The notes under the pieces: generated by a model
Seen by the model: only the letters and a program-made list of their open reading frames with translations
Told to the model about the DNA's origin: nothing
Database searches by the model: none
Shown: positions 1-8,853 of the stretch, in pieces
How positions within the stretch are numbered: position 1 is the first letter of the stretch
How the letters are laid out: every line of letters starts with the position of its first letter
Assembly: GCA_050015075.1 (NCBI GenBank)
Contig: JBEKCB010000013.1
Location: forward strand, 1 to 64,000
Direction of reading: 5' to 3'
DNA: 64,000 nt
DNA from: Candidatus Brocadiia bacterium
GTDB lineage: Bacteria; Planctomycetota; Brocadiia; CAIUPP01
Made by a program: the position numbers and the translations under genes

Positions 1-200
1 GAAAACACGCAGAAAAACACTCTCGCTGCGCTCGCTTTGAAGGAAGACACCATCCCTAAGCCTGACGGCTTAGCGATGGTGAATCACTCCACTGAGATCG
101 AACGGAATTCGGACAACATCGAACAGTGTTCGGAGATGATCGAAGAGTGTTCGCACTGCGTTCGAGGATCAAGAAACCTGCCGGAAGAGCTTCCGACGGC

Positions 201-431
201 TCAATCTCCCAACGCGGCGACGATCTGCCGCGCCGCGTCAATGCCGTTCAGGTGCGGCATGGCCAGGTCGAGGACGGCGACCGACGGCTTGTGCCGGCGC
301 GCCAATTCCGCGGCGGACCGGCCGTTGTCCGCCTCGGCGACGACCTTCATGTCGCTCTGATGTTCCAGCAGGGCGCGGAGTCCCTCGCGGATCATCCGGT
401 GATCGTCGGCCAGCAGGATCGTAATCGGCAT
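201..431 (-). pseudogene. Truncated NarL/LuxR-type response regulator (N-terminal half of the receiver domain only)
   Basis: MPITILLADDHRMIREGLRALL...VAVLDLAMPHLNGIDAARQI is a typical NarL receiver start. It stops at TGA after 76 aa, and the in-frame sequence beyond is not receiver-like. It lies directly downstream of the kinase gene. Confidence 0.7.
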
Positions 432-432
432 C

Positions 433-2943
433 TCAAGCTCCCTTCGGCGGAACGTCGTTCGATGTCAGCGGCGCGGCGAGCGTCGCGCGCGTGCCGCGGC
501 CGGGCTGCGAATCCACCTCCAGCCGCCCGCCGAGACTTTCGAGCCGCTCGCGCACGCTGAAAAGCCCAAAGCCGTCCATGGCCTTGAGGTTCGACCAGAG
601 TTCGTCGGCGGCGAAGCCGACGCCATCGTCCTCGATCCGAATGCGCACTTCCCGGGGATCGCACTCGACCCGCACCTTCACGGTTTTCGCGCGCGCGTGC
701 TTGACGGCGTTGAAGAGCAGTTCCCGCGCACCCTGGAACAGCGTCACGCGAACATCGTCCCGCAGCGGCGGCGAATGGCGCTCGCCTCGAAACTCCCAGC
801 GGATCGGGTGCTGCTTCCGGAATTCATCTACCAGCCAGCCGACCGCCTCGCCAAGGCCCAACTCGTAGAGGACCGGCGGGCTCAGCTCGAACGTCAGCGA
901 GCGCGTGCGCTTGAGGATCTGCGCGATCATGTCGTAAACCGTCCGGATGAGCACAGTGAATTCCTGGCGGGGCGAAGCGCCGGCCAGCTCGCCGAGCTTG
1001 AGCCGCGCGAGGGCCAGGGCCTGGCCGACCTCGTCGTGCAGGGCGGTGGCAATGCGCCGCCGCTCGCGCTCCTCCGCCAGCGCCAACTGGGAGGCCAGCG
1101 AGCGAAGGCGCTCCTGGTAGGTTTTCAAGCGCTCCTCCGCGCGCTTGCGGTCGGTGACGTCGGCGCCCAGGAGCACGCCGCCCACGAGCCGGCCGCTTTC
1201 GTCCACGAGGTTACTCGAGTGCCACGAGACGATCTTGCGCTGGCCGTCCTTGCAGCGGATGGGCATCTCGAGATTCTCCACACGCTCGCCTTTTCGGGCA
1301 AGCTCCTTGAGCCGGGAGTACAGCTCTTCGCGCTGCGCCGGCTTGGGGAAAATCCATTTCCAGAGTTTCGTGTGTCCGACGACCTCCTCTCGGGAGTAAC
1401 CGGAGACATGCTCGGCGGCGCGGTTCCAGAACGTGACGTTCCCGCGCGCGTCCAGCATGCTGATCCAGATCGCCGCGCTGTCGAGCATTTCATTCTGGAA
1501 CATCAGAAGGGAAGACAGCGCCTTCTCCTTCTCGCGAAGGTCGGTGATATCTTCGCCGGAGGCCAGGACGCCGGTAATGTTGCCGCGCTCATCTCTCAGC
1601 ACCGTGTTGTGCCAGGCGATGGCGCGTTCCTTGCCGGCTTTCGTGACGATCGGGTTCTCGAAGCGCTCCACCGGTTTGATCTCTCCGGCCATCAACTGGA
1701 AGAACGCGGCCCGCACGCGCTCGCGATCGTCCGCCGGGAGCAGGACATCAAACCAGTTCCGGCCGACGATCTCCTTGGCGGAGTATCCGAGGATCTGCTG
1801 CCCTCTTCGGTTGATCATCACCACTCGTTGATCGGCGCCGACCACCAGCATCATCACGCCGGCAATGTCGAGGTACTGCTTGGCGCGGTCGCGCTCCTGC
1901 CGCAGCGCCTCCTCCATCCGCTTGCGCTCGGTGATGTTCTCGACGATGCCTATGATGAAGCGCGGCTTGCCGGCGGCGTCGCGATGGAGGTAGCAATTCA
2001 GCTCGCCCCAGACGATCCGGCCGTCCTTGCTGACATAGCGCTTCTCCACGTGCATGCGCGGTTGTTTTCCCGCAACCGCAGCCCGAAAAAGGCTTGTTTC
2101 CGATTTCATGTCGCGCGGATGAGTGATCGCGGGGATGCTCTTTCCTTGCAGCTCGTCGGCCGTGTAGCCGAGCATCCCCTGAAACGCCGGGTTCGCGTCG
2201 AGAATGCGGCCTTGAAAGGTCACCAGCGCAATGCCGATGGCGGCGTGCTCGAAGACGACGCGGAACTGCTCTTCGCTCTCCCGGAGCGCGGCCTCGGCCT
2301 GCTTGCGCGCGGCGAGTTCGCGGTGGACTTCCTCATAAAGCCGGGCGTTTTCGATGGCCACGCCGAGCTGGTTCGCGATGCGGCCGATCAGTGCGACGTC
2401 CTCTTTCGTGAACTGGTCCGCCCGGCGATCCAGGAGGGCGAACACGCCGAGGACTTTTCTCCTGGAGAGGATCGGCACGCCGACGTACGCACAAAGGCCG
2501 CGGCGGGCGGCCGGCGATCCGCGGAGCCGCGCGTCTTTGCGGAAATCCGGAATCACCAGCGGTTTGCGGGAGGCGGCGACGGCGCCGGAGAAGCTTTCGC
2601 CCAATCGCAAGCCGTAGAGTTCGCGAAGGAGGGCCGCGGAAACACCTCGGTGGGTGGCGGGCGCCAGGCGGCGGCTCGCCTTGTCGTAGAGGTAGATGAT
2701 TCCTCCGCCGATGCGCATCAGCGCCAGGGTCTCTTTCAGCGCGACGTTCAGGACCGTCTTGAGTTCCAGGTGGCGGTAGGCGGCCGACGCCACGGCGTTG
2801 AGGACGGTCAGTTCCTGATTGCGCTGCCGGAGGCGATCCTTCGCGGCGGGGAGTTGATCGCGGCGCGGCGACGAAGGCTTGGCCAGGCGCGAGGCGGAGA
2901 CCTTCTCTTTTTTCCGGGCGCGAAGGGTACGAACTCGAGGCAC
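433..2943 (-). CDS. GAF + 3xPAS sensor histidine kinase (HisKA_3/NarX-like)
   Basis: GAF domain, three PAS/PAC repeats (DITERKR-type ends), H-box EERERRRIATALHDEVGQ, N-box ELLFNAVKHA, DDGVGF and GFGL. An AAGGAG RBS precedes the GTG start. Confidence 0.93.
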   Translation of the reverse strand: MPRVRTLRARKKEKVSASRLAKPSSPRRDQLPAAKDRLRQRNQELTVLNAVASAAYRHLELKTVLNVALKETLALMRIGGGIIYLYDKASRRLAPATHRGVSAALLRELYGLRLGESFSGAVAASRKPLVIPDFRKDARLRGSPAARRGLCAYVGVPILSRRKVLGVFALLDRRADQFTKEDVALIGRIANQLGVAIENARLYEEVHRELAARKQAEAALRESEEQFRVVFEHAAIGIALVTFQGRILDANPAFQGMLGYTADELQGKSIPAITHPRDMKSETSLFRAAVAGKQPRMHVEKRYVSKDGRIVWGELNCYLHRDAAGKPRFIIGIVENITERKRMEEALRQERDRAKQYLDIAGVMMLVVGADQRVVMINRRGQQILGYSAKEIVGRNWFDVLLPADDRERVRAAFFQLMAGEIKPVERFENPIVTKAGKERAIAWHNTVLRDERGNITGVLASGEDITDLREKEKALSSLLMFQNEMLDSAAIWISMLDARGNVTFWNRAAEHVSGYSREEVVGHTKLWKWIFPKPAQREELYSRLKELARKGERVENLEMPIRCKDGQRKIVSWHSSNLVDESGRLVGGVLLGADVTDRKRAEERLKTYQERLRSLASQLALAEERERRRIATALHDEVGQALALARLKLGELAGASPRQEFTVLIRTVYDMIAQILKRTRSLTFELSPPVLYELGLGEAVGWLVDEFRKQHPIRWEFRGERHSPPLRDDVRVTLFQGARELLFNAVKHARAKTVKVRVECDPREVRIRIEDDGVGFAADELWSNLKAMDGFGLFSVRERLESLGGRLEVDSQPGRGTRATLAAPLTSNDVPPKGA

Positions 2944-3376
2944 AGCACAGGCTCCTTGCTGGACGCAAGAAAACGGTCTTACCGAGGGTGTTTTCCTGCC
3001 GTCCGGGTCGCGGACGACGTCCGACCCTGGAGCCTGCTGCGTGACATGCTGCGGAATTTCCGTCGGTTGCGCCGGCGCTAGGGTGCGGCCAGCGGCGCAA
3101 CTCCTTTTATCCTATCACGTATATGCAGCGTTCGCAACAAGCTCATGGGCCAGGCGGCCGACACCCCATTTTGCGAATCGGGCCGACAGGCCCCGCAACC
3201 TACGTTAATGTAACAGTTTAGCCGAGAGAATGTTGTCATAAATCTGCGCAGGCCGGCCGCATATGCAGATAATGCTATTCGAGGGCCCCGCTCCCGCCGG
3301 TGCGATTGCGTTGCTCGCGGCGGCGCCGTCCGGCGCTGCTGCGTATGCCATTGCGCGCGCACTGCGAGCCCGCCGC

Positions 3377-3406
3377 TTGACCCTGTTGCGGGGCGGGTGA
3401 TACTAT
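3377..3406 (+). promoter_or_regulatory. sigma70-type promoter of selD
   Basis: TTGACC-N18-TACTAT with an extended -10 TG. This places the likely start codon at ATG 3431 (RBS GAGGGG at 3415-3420) rather than 3410. Confidence 0.6.
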
Positions 3407-3430
3407 CGAATGCCGAGGGGCGATCGCCGA

Positions 3431-5038
3431 ATGCCGATGGATGAGAATCGAATGGCCCTGAAAGATTCCAAGCGCGCGCGGGTGATGGCGCGGTCGAAGA
3501 AGCTCGGACACTGCATCTGCGACCCGCGAAAGGCCTGCCCCTGCAACCTGCTGATTGAAAAGGACGTCTGCCTTTGCGCCGGCGAGCGGCTGCCGGCGGA
3601 ACGGCGCGGGACTGCCGCGCCGAACGCGGCGCTGACGAAGCTGGTCAAGAACGCCGGCTGCGCCTCGAAAATTCCCGCCGCGGAACTCGCCAAAATCCTG
3701 GCACGGCTGCCGGCGGTCAGCGATCCGCGCCTGCTCGTCGGGCTCGGCACCGCCGACGACGCGGGCGTCTTCCAGGTCAGCCCGGATCTCTGCCTGGTGC
3801 AGACGGTGGATGTCTTCGCTCCGTGCGTGGACGATCCGTACCTCTTCGGCCAGATCGCGGCGGCGAATTCGCTGAGCGACGTGTACGCGATGGGCGGCGC
3901 GCCGCTGACGGCGCTCTCGATCGTCGGCTGGCCGATCCACACGCTGAGCGACGAGTGGCTCGTCCGCATGCTCGAAGGCGGCATGGACAAGCTGCGCGAG
4001 GCGGGCGTCATCCTCGTCGGCGGGCACAGCATCAACGACGAGGAGATCAAGTTCGGGTTCGCGGTGACCGGCACCATCCGGCCGGACGCCATCGTGGCGA
4101 ACTCCGGCGCGCGGCCGGGCGACGCGATGATCCTCACCAAGCCGGTCGGCACGGGCATCATTTCCTTCGCCGCGCAGATCGGGCGCGCCTCCGCCGAAGC
4201 GCTGCGCGCCGCCGGCGAGAGCATGGCCGCGCTCAACCGCGGCGCCGCGCAGGTCATGTGCCGCGCCGGCGCGCATGCGGGGACCGATGTCACCGGCTTC
4301 GGCCTGCTCGGCCATCTCTGGCAGGTCGCGCGCGAGAGCGGCGTGACGGCCGAACTCTGGTGGGACGCGGTCCAGGCGCTGCCGGGAGCCCTCGAATGCG
4401 CCCGGCAGGGCATCGTCTCCGGCGCGGCCGAGCGCAACCGCGAGTTCGCCGGCCCGGCGGTGACCGTCGCCGCCGGCGTGCCGGAATACGCAATGGACCT
4501 GCTCTACGACGCGCAGACTTCCGGCGGGCTGCTGATGTTCGTGCCGGAGCAGGCCGCCGGGCGGACCGTCGCCGAACTGCGCGCCGAAGGCTGTTCTTCC
4601 GCGGCCGTCGTCGGCCGCATTCTGGGGAAATCAAAAGGAGGGATCATCGTGGCGAAAAAACGCGACTCCGCACCCCGCACTCCGCCGCCCGACGCGGCTC
4701 GCGGCGCTGAGCCTGTCGAAGGACACGCCGCAGCCGAAAAGTGCTGCTCGACGGAATCAGCGCCTGCCGGCTCCGCCGGCTCGCCGCAGGAGGCGTTCCA
4801 GGATTTCATGGGAAAGGCCTTCGCGCCCGGCGCGCTCGACGCGGTGCAGAAGGAGATCATGACCATCGCGCTCTCGGTCGCCGTGCAGTGCGAGCCATGC
4901 CTGAAGATCCACCTGGAGAAGGCGCGCAGCATGGGCATCAGCCCCGACGAAATCCGCGAAGCCGCCTGGATGGGCATCGTGTTCGGCGGCTGCAAGGCGA
5001 TGATGTTCTGGAAGGAGAAGGGGCCGAAGGACGGATGA
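3431..5038 (+). CDS. selD: Selenide, water dikinase SelD with an N-terminal Cys-rich extension and a C-terminal CMD/AhpD-like domain
   Basis: SelD motifs LTKLVKNAGCASK (Cys form), DDAGV, VQTVD, FGQIAAANSLSDVYAMGG, GGHS, TDVTGFGLLGH and DAQTSGGLL. N-terminal HCICDPRKACPC..CLC. C-terminal GALDAVQKEIMTIALSVAVQCEPCLKIH. Confidence 0.95.
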   Translation: MPMDENRMALKDSKRARVMARSKKLGHCICDPRKACPCNLLIEKDVCLCAGERLPAERRGTAAPNAALTKLVKNAGCASKIPAAELAKILARLPAVSDPRLLVGLGTADDAGVFQVSPDLCLVQTVDVFAPCVDDPYLFGQIAAANSLSDVYAMGGAPLTALSIVGWPIHTLSDEWLVRMLEGGMDKLREAGVILVGGHSINDEEIKFGFAVTGTIRPDAIVANSGARPGDAMILTKPVGTGIISFAAQIGRASAEALRAAGESMAALNRGAAQVMCRAGAHAGTDVTGFGLLGHLWQVARESGVTAELWWDAVQALPGALECARQGIVSGAAERNREFAGPAVTVAAGVPEYAMDLLYDAQTSGGLLMFVPEQAAGRTVAELRAEGCSSAAVVGRILGKSKGGIIVAKKRDSAPRTPPPDAARGAEPVEGHAAAEKCCSTESAPAGSAGSPQEAFQDFMGKAFAPGALDAVQKEIMTIALSVAVQCEPCLKIHLEKARSMGISPDEIREAAWMGIVFGGCKAMMFWKEKGPKDG

Positions 5039-5095
5039 CGGGCGATGGCTGAGTGCTGATCGTTGACCGGCAACCGCCGGAGAAAGGAGCGGAAC

Positions 5096-5875
5096 ATGGC
5101 CCTCGGAAAAAATCACGTGCTGGTCATCGTCGCCATCGCGGGCATTATGGCGCTCACACTGGCCGGGGCTGGCCTGTTCAGCGGGAAGCAGGGGCCCGGC
5201 TATCTCCGGATCAACGTCTCAGACAAGAGCGCCGCCTACCTTGAATTTGAAGGCGCGGCCCTGCGCGCCGCGGCGAGCATGGAGGGACTGAAGACCGCGG
5301 AGCCGCTGCCGCTGCGTGCGCTGAATTTCCGGGCGGCGCAGTCCAGGGAGTTCACACTCCCGATTCCGGCCGATCAGCTTCCCGCAGGCGTCAGCGCCGT
5401 CAAGGGGATCTTCACGCGGACGGGGAGCAATGTCTCGGGCCAGATGGGAATCTGCCGGACGGACGCGCAGAAAGTCGTCTGGCAATGCGACGCAGGGATC
5501 TTGTCGGGGACCGGCGATCATGCGGAGGCGGCGCCGGCCATCCAGTTGCCAAGCCTGGAGACGCTTGCGCTGGTTGTCACGGGCGCGCCCTCGAATGGGA
5601 AACTGGGCATCGGTGTGCGGCTCGCGGCCGGCGACAACCCGGTGACCGGCGTGCTCAAGGATGGAAAGCCCGTGCCGGTCCAGGTCAGCGTGACGGACGC
5701 CGCCGGCAAAGAGGTGGCCGCGCGGAAAGGGCCGTTGACTGATTTCGGGTTCAGTTGAGGCGGCCCCTGCTGCTCCGTCGGAGTGGCGAAAGGCACGTAC
5801 ACGGTTTCCGCGACTCTCGACGCGGGGCCGTTCGGGTCCGCCGTGAAAGGCCAGGCGAAGGTCGTCGTGCCGTAG
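5096..5875 (+). CDS. Putative exported selenoprotein, paralogue 1 (Sec at TGA 5756-5758; U-G-G-P-C-C), 259 aa
   Basis: AAGGAG RBS and an N-terminal hydrophobic segment. The in-frame TGA is followed by 38 codons (GGPCCSVGVAKGTYTVSATLDAGPFGSAVKGQAKVVVP-TAG) that are conserved in the three downstream paralogues. SECIS-like hairpin at 5769-5787. Confidence 0.88.
5769..5787 (+). promoter_or_regulatory. Bacterial SECIS-like hairpin (paralogue 1)
   Basis: GCTGCTCC-GTC-GGAGTGGC: 8-bp stem with two G-U wobbles, starting 11 nt after the UGA. Confidence 0.8.
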
Positions 5876-5889
5876 CCGCCCGCTGGCTC

Positions 5890-5937
5890 GTAGTGTGCCC
5901 GCCAGGGCATACGAAGCAGCGCCTGACGGCGCCACTA
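5890..5937. repeat. GTAG-type REP-like element (second copy at 34283-34330)
   Basis: GTAGTGTGCCCGCCAGGGCATACGAAGCAGCGCCTGACGGCGCCACTA is near-identical to 34283-34330. Both copies sit just after stop codons. Confidence 0.75.
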
Positions 5938-5970
5938 TAAGCTGCCCGTGAGATTCCGCGGCCCGCTCCA

Positions 5971-6141
5971 CTAGATACGTATCGCACCTAGTCGAGTGCC
6001 GGGTCTGGCGGTCGCCTTTCGTGAGCCGGTTGCGCTGCGCCGGATGAGGGACTAGATACGTATCGTATCTAGCGGCGGCTGAAGCAAGCGAGCGGTTGCA
6101 GGATCACCCGCGGCGCAACGCTAGTTACGTATCGTATCTAG
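5971..6141. repeat. Three 21-bp palindromes, consensus CTAGATACG-TAT-CGTATCTAG
   Basis: Copies at 5971-5991, 6052-6072 and 6121-6141, separated by unrelated 60- and 48-bp gaps. Confidence 0.85.
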
Positions 6142-6206
6142 TGGCAGGCTGACGGATGAGGGGGCGCGCTTCGCGGGGCGGGCGCGGCGCATTCTGAAGT
6201 TACTCC

Positions 6207-6235
6207 TTGACAGACGCGACTTTGTGCCATACGCT
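6207..6235 (+). promoter_or_regulatory. sigma70-type promoter of paralogue 2
   Basis: TTGACA-N17-TACGCT. Confidence 0.6.
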
Positions 6236-6278
6236 TACGCTTGTGAGCCGAACAGGGCATTTGGCGAAGGGTGCCCGC

Positions 6279-7091
6279 ATGTCTCTATGCGGCCGCAGGG
6301 CGCGGGCCGTCGCGATGGCGGGCGCCATGGCGCTGGCGTGGCTGTGGGCCGGCACCAGCTCTGCGCAGACCTCGCAGAAGCCGGCCTTCGCGCGGCTCGC
6401 CGTGTCGGAGAATAGCGTCGTTTACATTCAGATCGAAGGCGGCGAACTCCGCGCGGCGATGAGCGCCGAGGGCTTGCAGACCGCCGCGCCGGTCAGGATG
6501 ACCGCGGAGTCCGCCTACGTAATCGCGTCCCCCGAATTCACGCTGCCCATTCCGGCCGAGCGACTGCCCGCCGGCGTCACGGCGATCAAAGCAACCCTGA
6601 CGCTGATGCAGATTCCGCCATCCACATTGCGGTCCGAGTGGCCGCCCCGTATTAGCGGCAGGTTCAGGATCTTCCGGACCGATGACCGGAAAGTGGAATG
6701 GCAATACGCGTCGTCCGGCGAGGTGCTGACAGGGGCGAACGCGGAGGAAGCGCCGTCCATCATGCTGCCCAACCTGGACAAAGTGAACGCCCGCCTGGCG
6801 GCCGCAGTGAGTGGAGGAACGCTGAGAGTGAACCTGGGGGTCAACGCCGGCGGCGCGCTCCTGGCCGGCGTGCGCAAGGCCGGCCACATGGTCCAGGTGA
6901 AGATGGTCGTGACGGACGCCTCCGGCGCCGTAATCGCCTCGAAAGTCGGGACGCTGTCCGACTTCGGGTTCAGTTGAGGCGGCCCGTGCTACTCCGTTGG
7001 AGTAGCCAAAGGGACTTACACCTGCACCGCGACGATGGATGTCGGGACCGGTTCGCCGCTGAAGGCAACGGCGACGGCTGCGGCTCCGTAA
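6279..7091 (+). CDS. Putative exported selenoprotein, paralogue 2 (Sec at TGA 6975-6977; U-G-G-P-C-Y), 270 aa
   Basis: Signal peptide ending ...LAWLWAGTSSA. After the TGA the frame continues GGPCYSVGVAKGTYTCTATMDVGTGSPLKATATAAAP-TAA. Hairpin GCTACTCC-GTT-GGAGTAGC at 6988-7006. Confidence 0.88.
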
Positions 7092-7185
7092 CGAGAGATT
7101 GCGCGGGTCCGGCGCCTGCGCTTGGGCGGCAGCGGCGTCATAAGTACGAGCCTGTCGCGCGAGGTGCGGAAGAGGAGGCGAGGCT

Positions 7186-7968
7186 ATGTTGCGATCTTGC
7201 GGCAAGAGGCTGATCGTCGCAGTGGCGGGCGTTGCGGCGCTGATGTGGGTCGGGGCCGGCTGCACCTCCGCGCAGGTCTCGCAGGGGCCGGCGTTCGCCC
7301 GGCTCGCCCTGTCGGAGAAGAGCGCCGTCTGCATCCGGATTCAAGGCGGCGAAGTCCGCGCGGCGATGAGCGCCGAGGGCTTGCAGACCGCCGAGCCGGT
7401 CAAAACGCACACCGAATTCACGCTGCCGATTCCGGCCGATCAACTGCCCGCCGGCGTCACGGCGATCAAAGCGAACCTGGCGCTGATGCAGATTCAGACG
7501 GCCGCGTCGGCCGCGCTGGCGCCCTACATTAACGGCACGTTCAGGATCTTCCGGGCGGATGACCAGAAGGCGGAATGGCAATTTGTGTCGGCCGGCGGCG
7601 GCCTGGCCGGGGCGAACGCGGAGAAAGCTCCATCCATCAAGCTGCCTGACCCGGACAAGTTGGACGCCAGCCTTTCGGCCACGGTCACTGGAGAAAAGCT
7701 GGCCGTCGGCCTTCGGGTCACTGCCGGCGGCGCGACCTTGACCGACGTGCGCAAGGACGGGCACCTGGCGGTGGTGAAGATGGTCGTGGCGGACGCCTCC
7801 GGCGTCGAGATAGCCTCAAAAGTCGGCACGCTGGCCGATTTCGGGTTCAGTTGAGGCGGGCCCTGCTACTCCGTGGGAGTAGCTAAAGGGACTTACACCT
7901 GCACCGCCACGCTGGATGTCGGGGCCGGTTCGCCGCTGAAGGCAACGGCGACGGCCGTCGTCCCCTAG
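7186..7968 (+). CDS. Putative lipo-selenoprotein, paralogue 3 (Sec at TGA 7852-7854), 260 aa
   Basis: GAGGAGG RBS and lipobox-like VGAGC. After the TGA the frame continues GGPCYSVGVAKGTYTCTATLDVGAGSPLKATATAVVP-TAG. Hairpin GCTACTCC-GTG-GGAGTAGC at 7865-7883. Confidence 0.88.
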
Positions 7969-8059
7969 CGAGGGATTCTTCGGTCCGGGCTTGTGTTTCG
8001 GCGGCGGCGGCGCTATAAACAAGGACGTGTCGCGCGAGGCGCGAAAGAGGAGGTGGGTT

Positions 8060-8827
8060 ATGTTGAGGGTTTGCAGCAGGGGGCTGGCCGTCGCGGCGTG
8101 CGCCGCGGCGCTGGCTTTGATCGGGGCCGGCTGCGCGGGAGTGCAGACCGCGCAGGCGCCGGCGTTTGCCCGGATCCCCCTGTCGGAGAACTGCGCCGTC
8201 AGCATTCAGATTCAAGGCGGCGAAGTCCGCGCGGCGATGAGCGACCAGGGAGTGCAGGCCGCCGCGCCGGTCAAGGCGGGCTCCGAATTCGCGCTGCCCG
8301 TTCCGGCCGATCAACTTCCCGCCGGCGTCACGGCAATCACCGCGAGCCTGTTGCTGACGCAGTATCAGTCGGGCGAAAACGCCGCGGTTGTCGGCCAGCT
8401 CACGGTCTTCCGGACCGATGACCAGAAGGCGGAATGGAAGTACGTGTCACAGCTCAGCGTCCCGGCCAGGGTGAACTGGGATCACGCGCAGTGCATCAAG
8501 TTGCCCGATCCGGCTGATGTGAAGGCCAGCCTCGAAGCCACGCCCGCCACAGGAAAACTTTCCATCGGCCTCAGGCTCACCCTCTATGGCGCCGCGATGG
8601 CCGACGTTCGCAAGAACGGCAAGCCGGTCCAGGTGAAGATGGTCGTGGCGGACGCCTCCGGAGCCGAGATCGCTTCAAAAGTCGGGACGCTGGCCGACTT
8701 CGGGTTCAGTTGAAACGGCCCCTGCTACTCCGTGAGAGTAGCTAAAGGAACTTATACATGCACGGCCACGGTGGAAGTCGGCGCCGGTTCCCCGCTCAAG
8801 GCGGAAAAGACGGTCACTGTGCCGTAA
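8060..8827 (+). CDS. Putative lipo-selenoprotein, paralogue 4 (Sec at TGA 8711-8713; U-N-G-P-C), 255 aa
   Basis: GAGGAGG RBS and lipobox-like IGAGC. After the TGA the frame continues NGPCYSVRVAKGTYTCTATVEVGAGSPLKAEKTVTVP-TAA. Hairpin GCTACTC-CGTGA-GAGTAGC at 8724-8742. Own promoter TTGTGT-N17-TATAAA at 7991-8019. Confidence 0.88.
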
Positions 8828-8853
8828 TCGCGCGAGACGGTTTCGGACATTTC

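Noticed and set aside
201-203. Sec read-through at the TGA of the truncated response regulator
   Set aside because: The in-frame sequence past the TGA is not receiver-like, no Cys is expected at this position, and the nearby hairpin starts too close to the codon.
2944-3376. Riboswitch or ncRNA in the divergent kinase/selD intergenic region
   Set aside because: Small hairpins are present but I recognise no cobalamin, SAM or other consensus. An Rfam scan would be needed.
3650-3670. Sec-containing SelD
   Set aside because: The catalytic codon is TGC (Cys) in AGCASK.
5971-6141. CRISPR array
   Set aside because: Only three 21-bp units with unequal 60- and 48-bp gaps, no leader and no cas genes in the window. 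Kept as a palindrome cluster instead.
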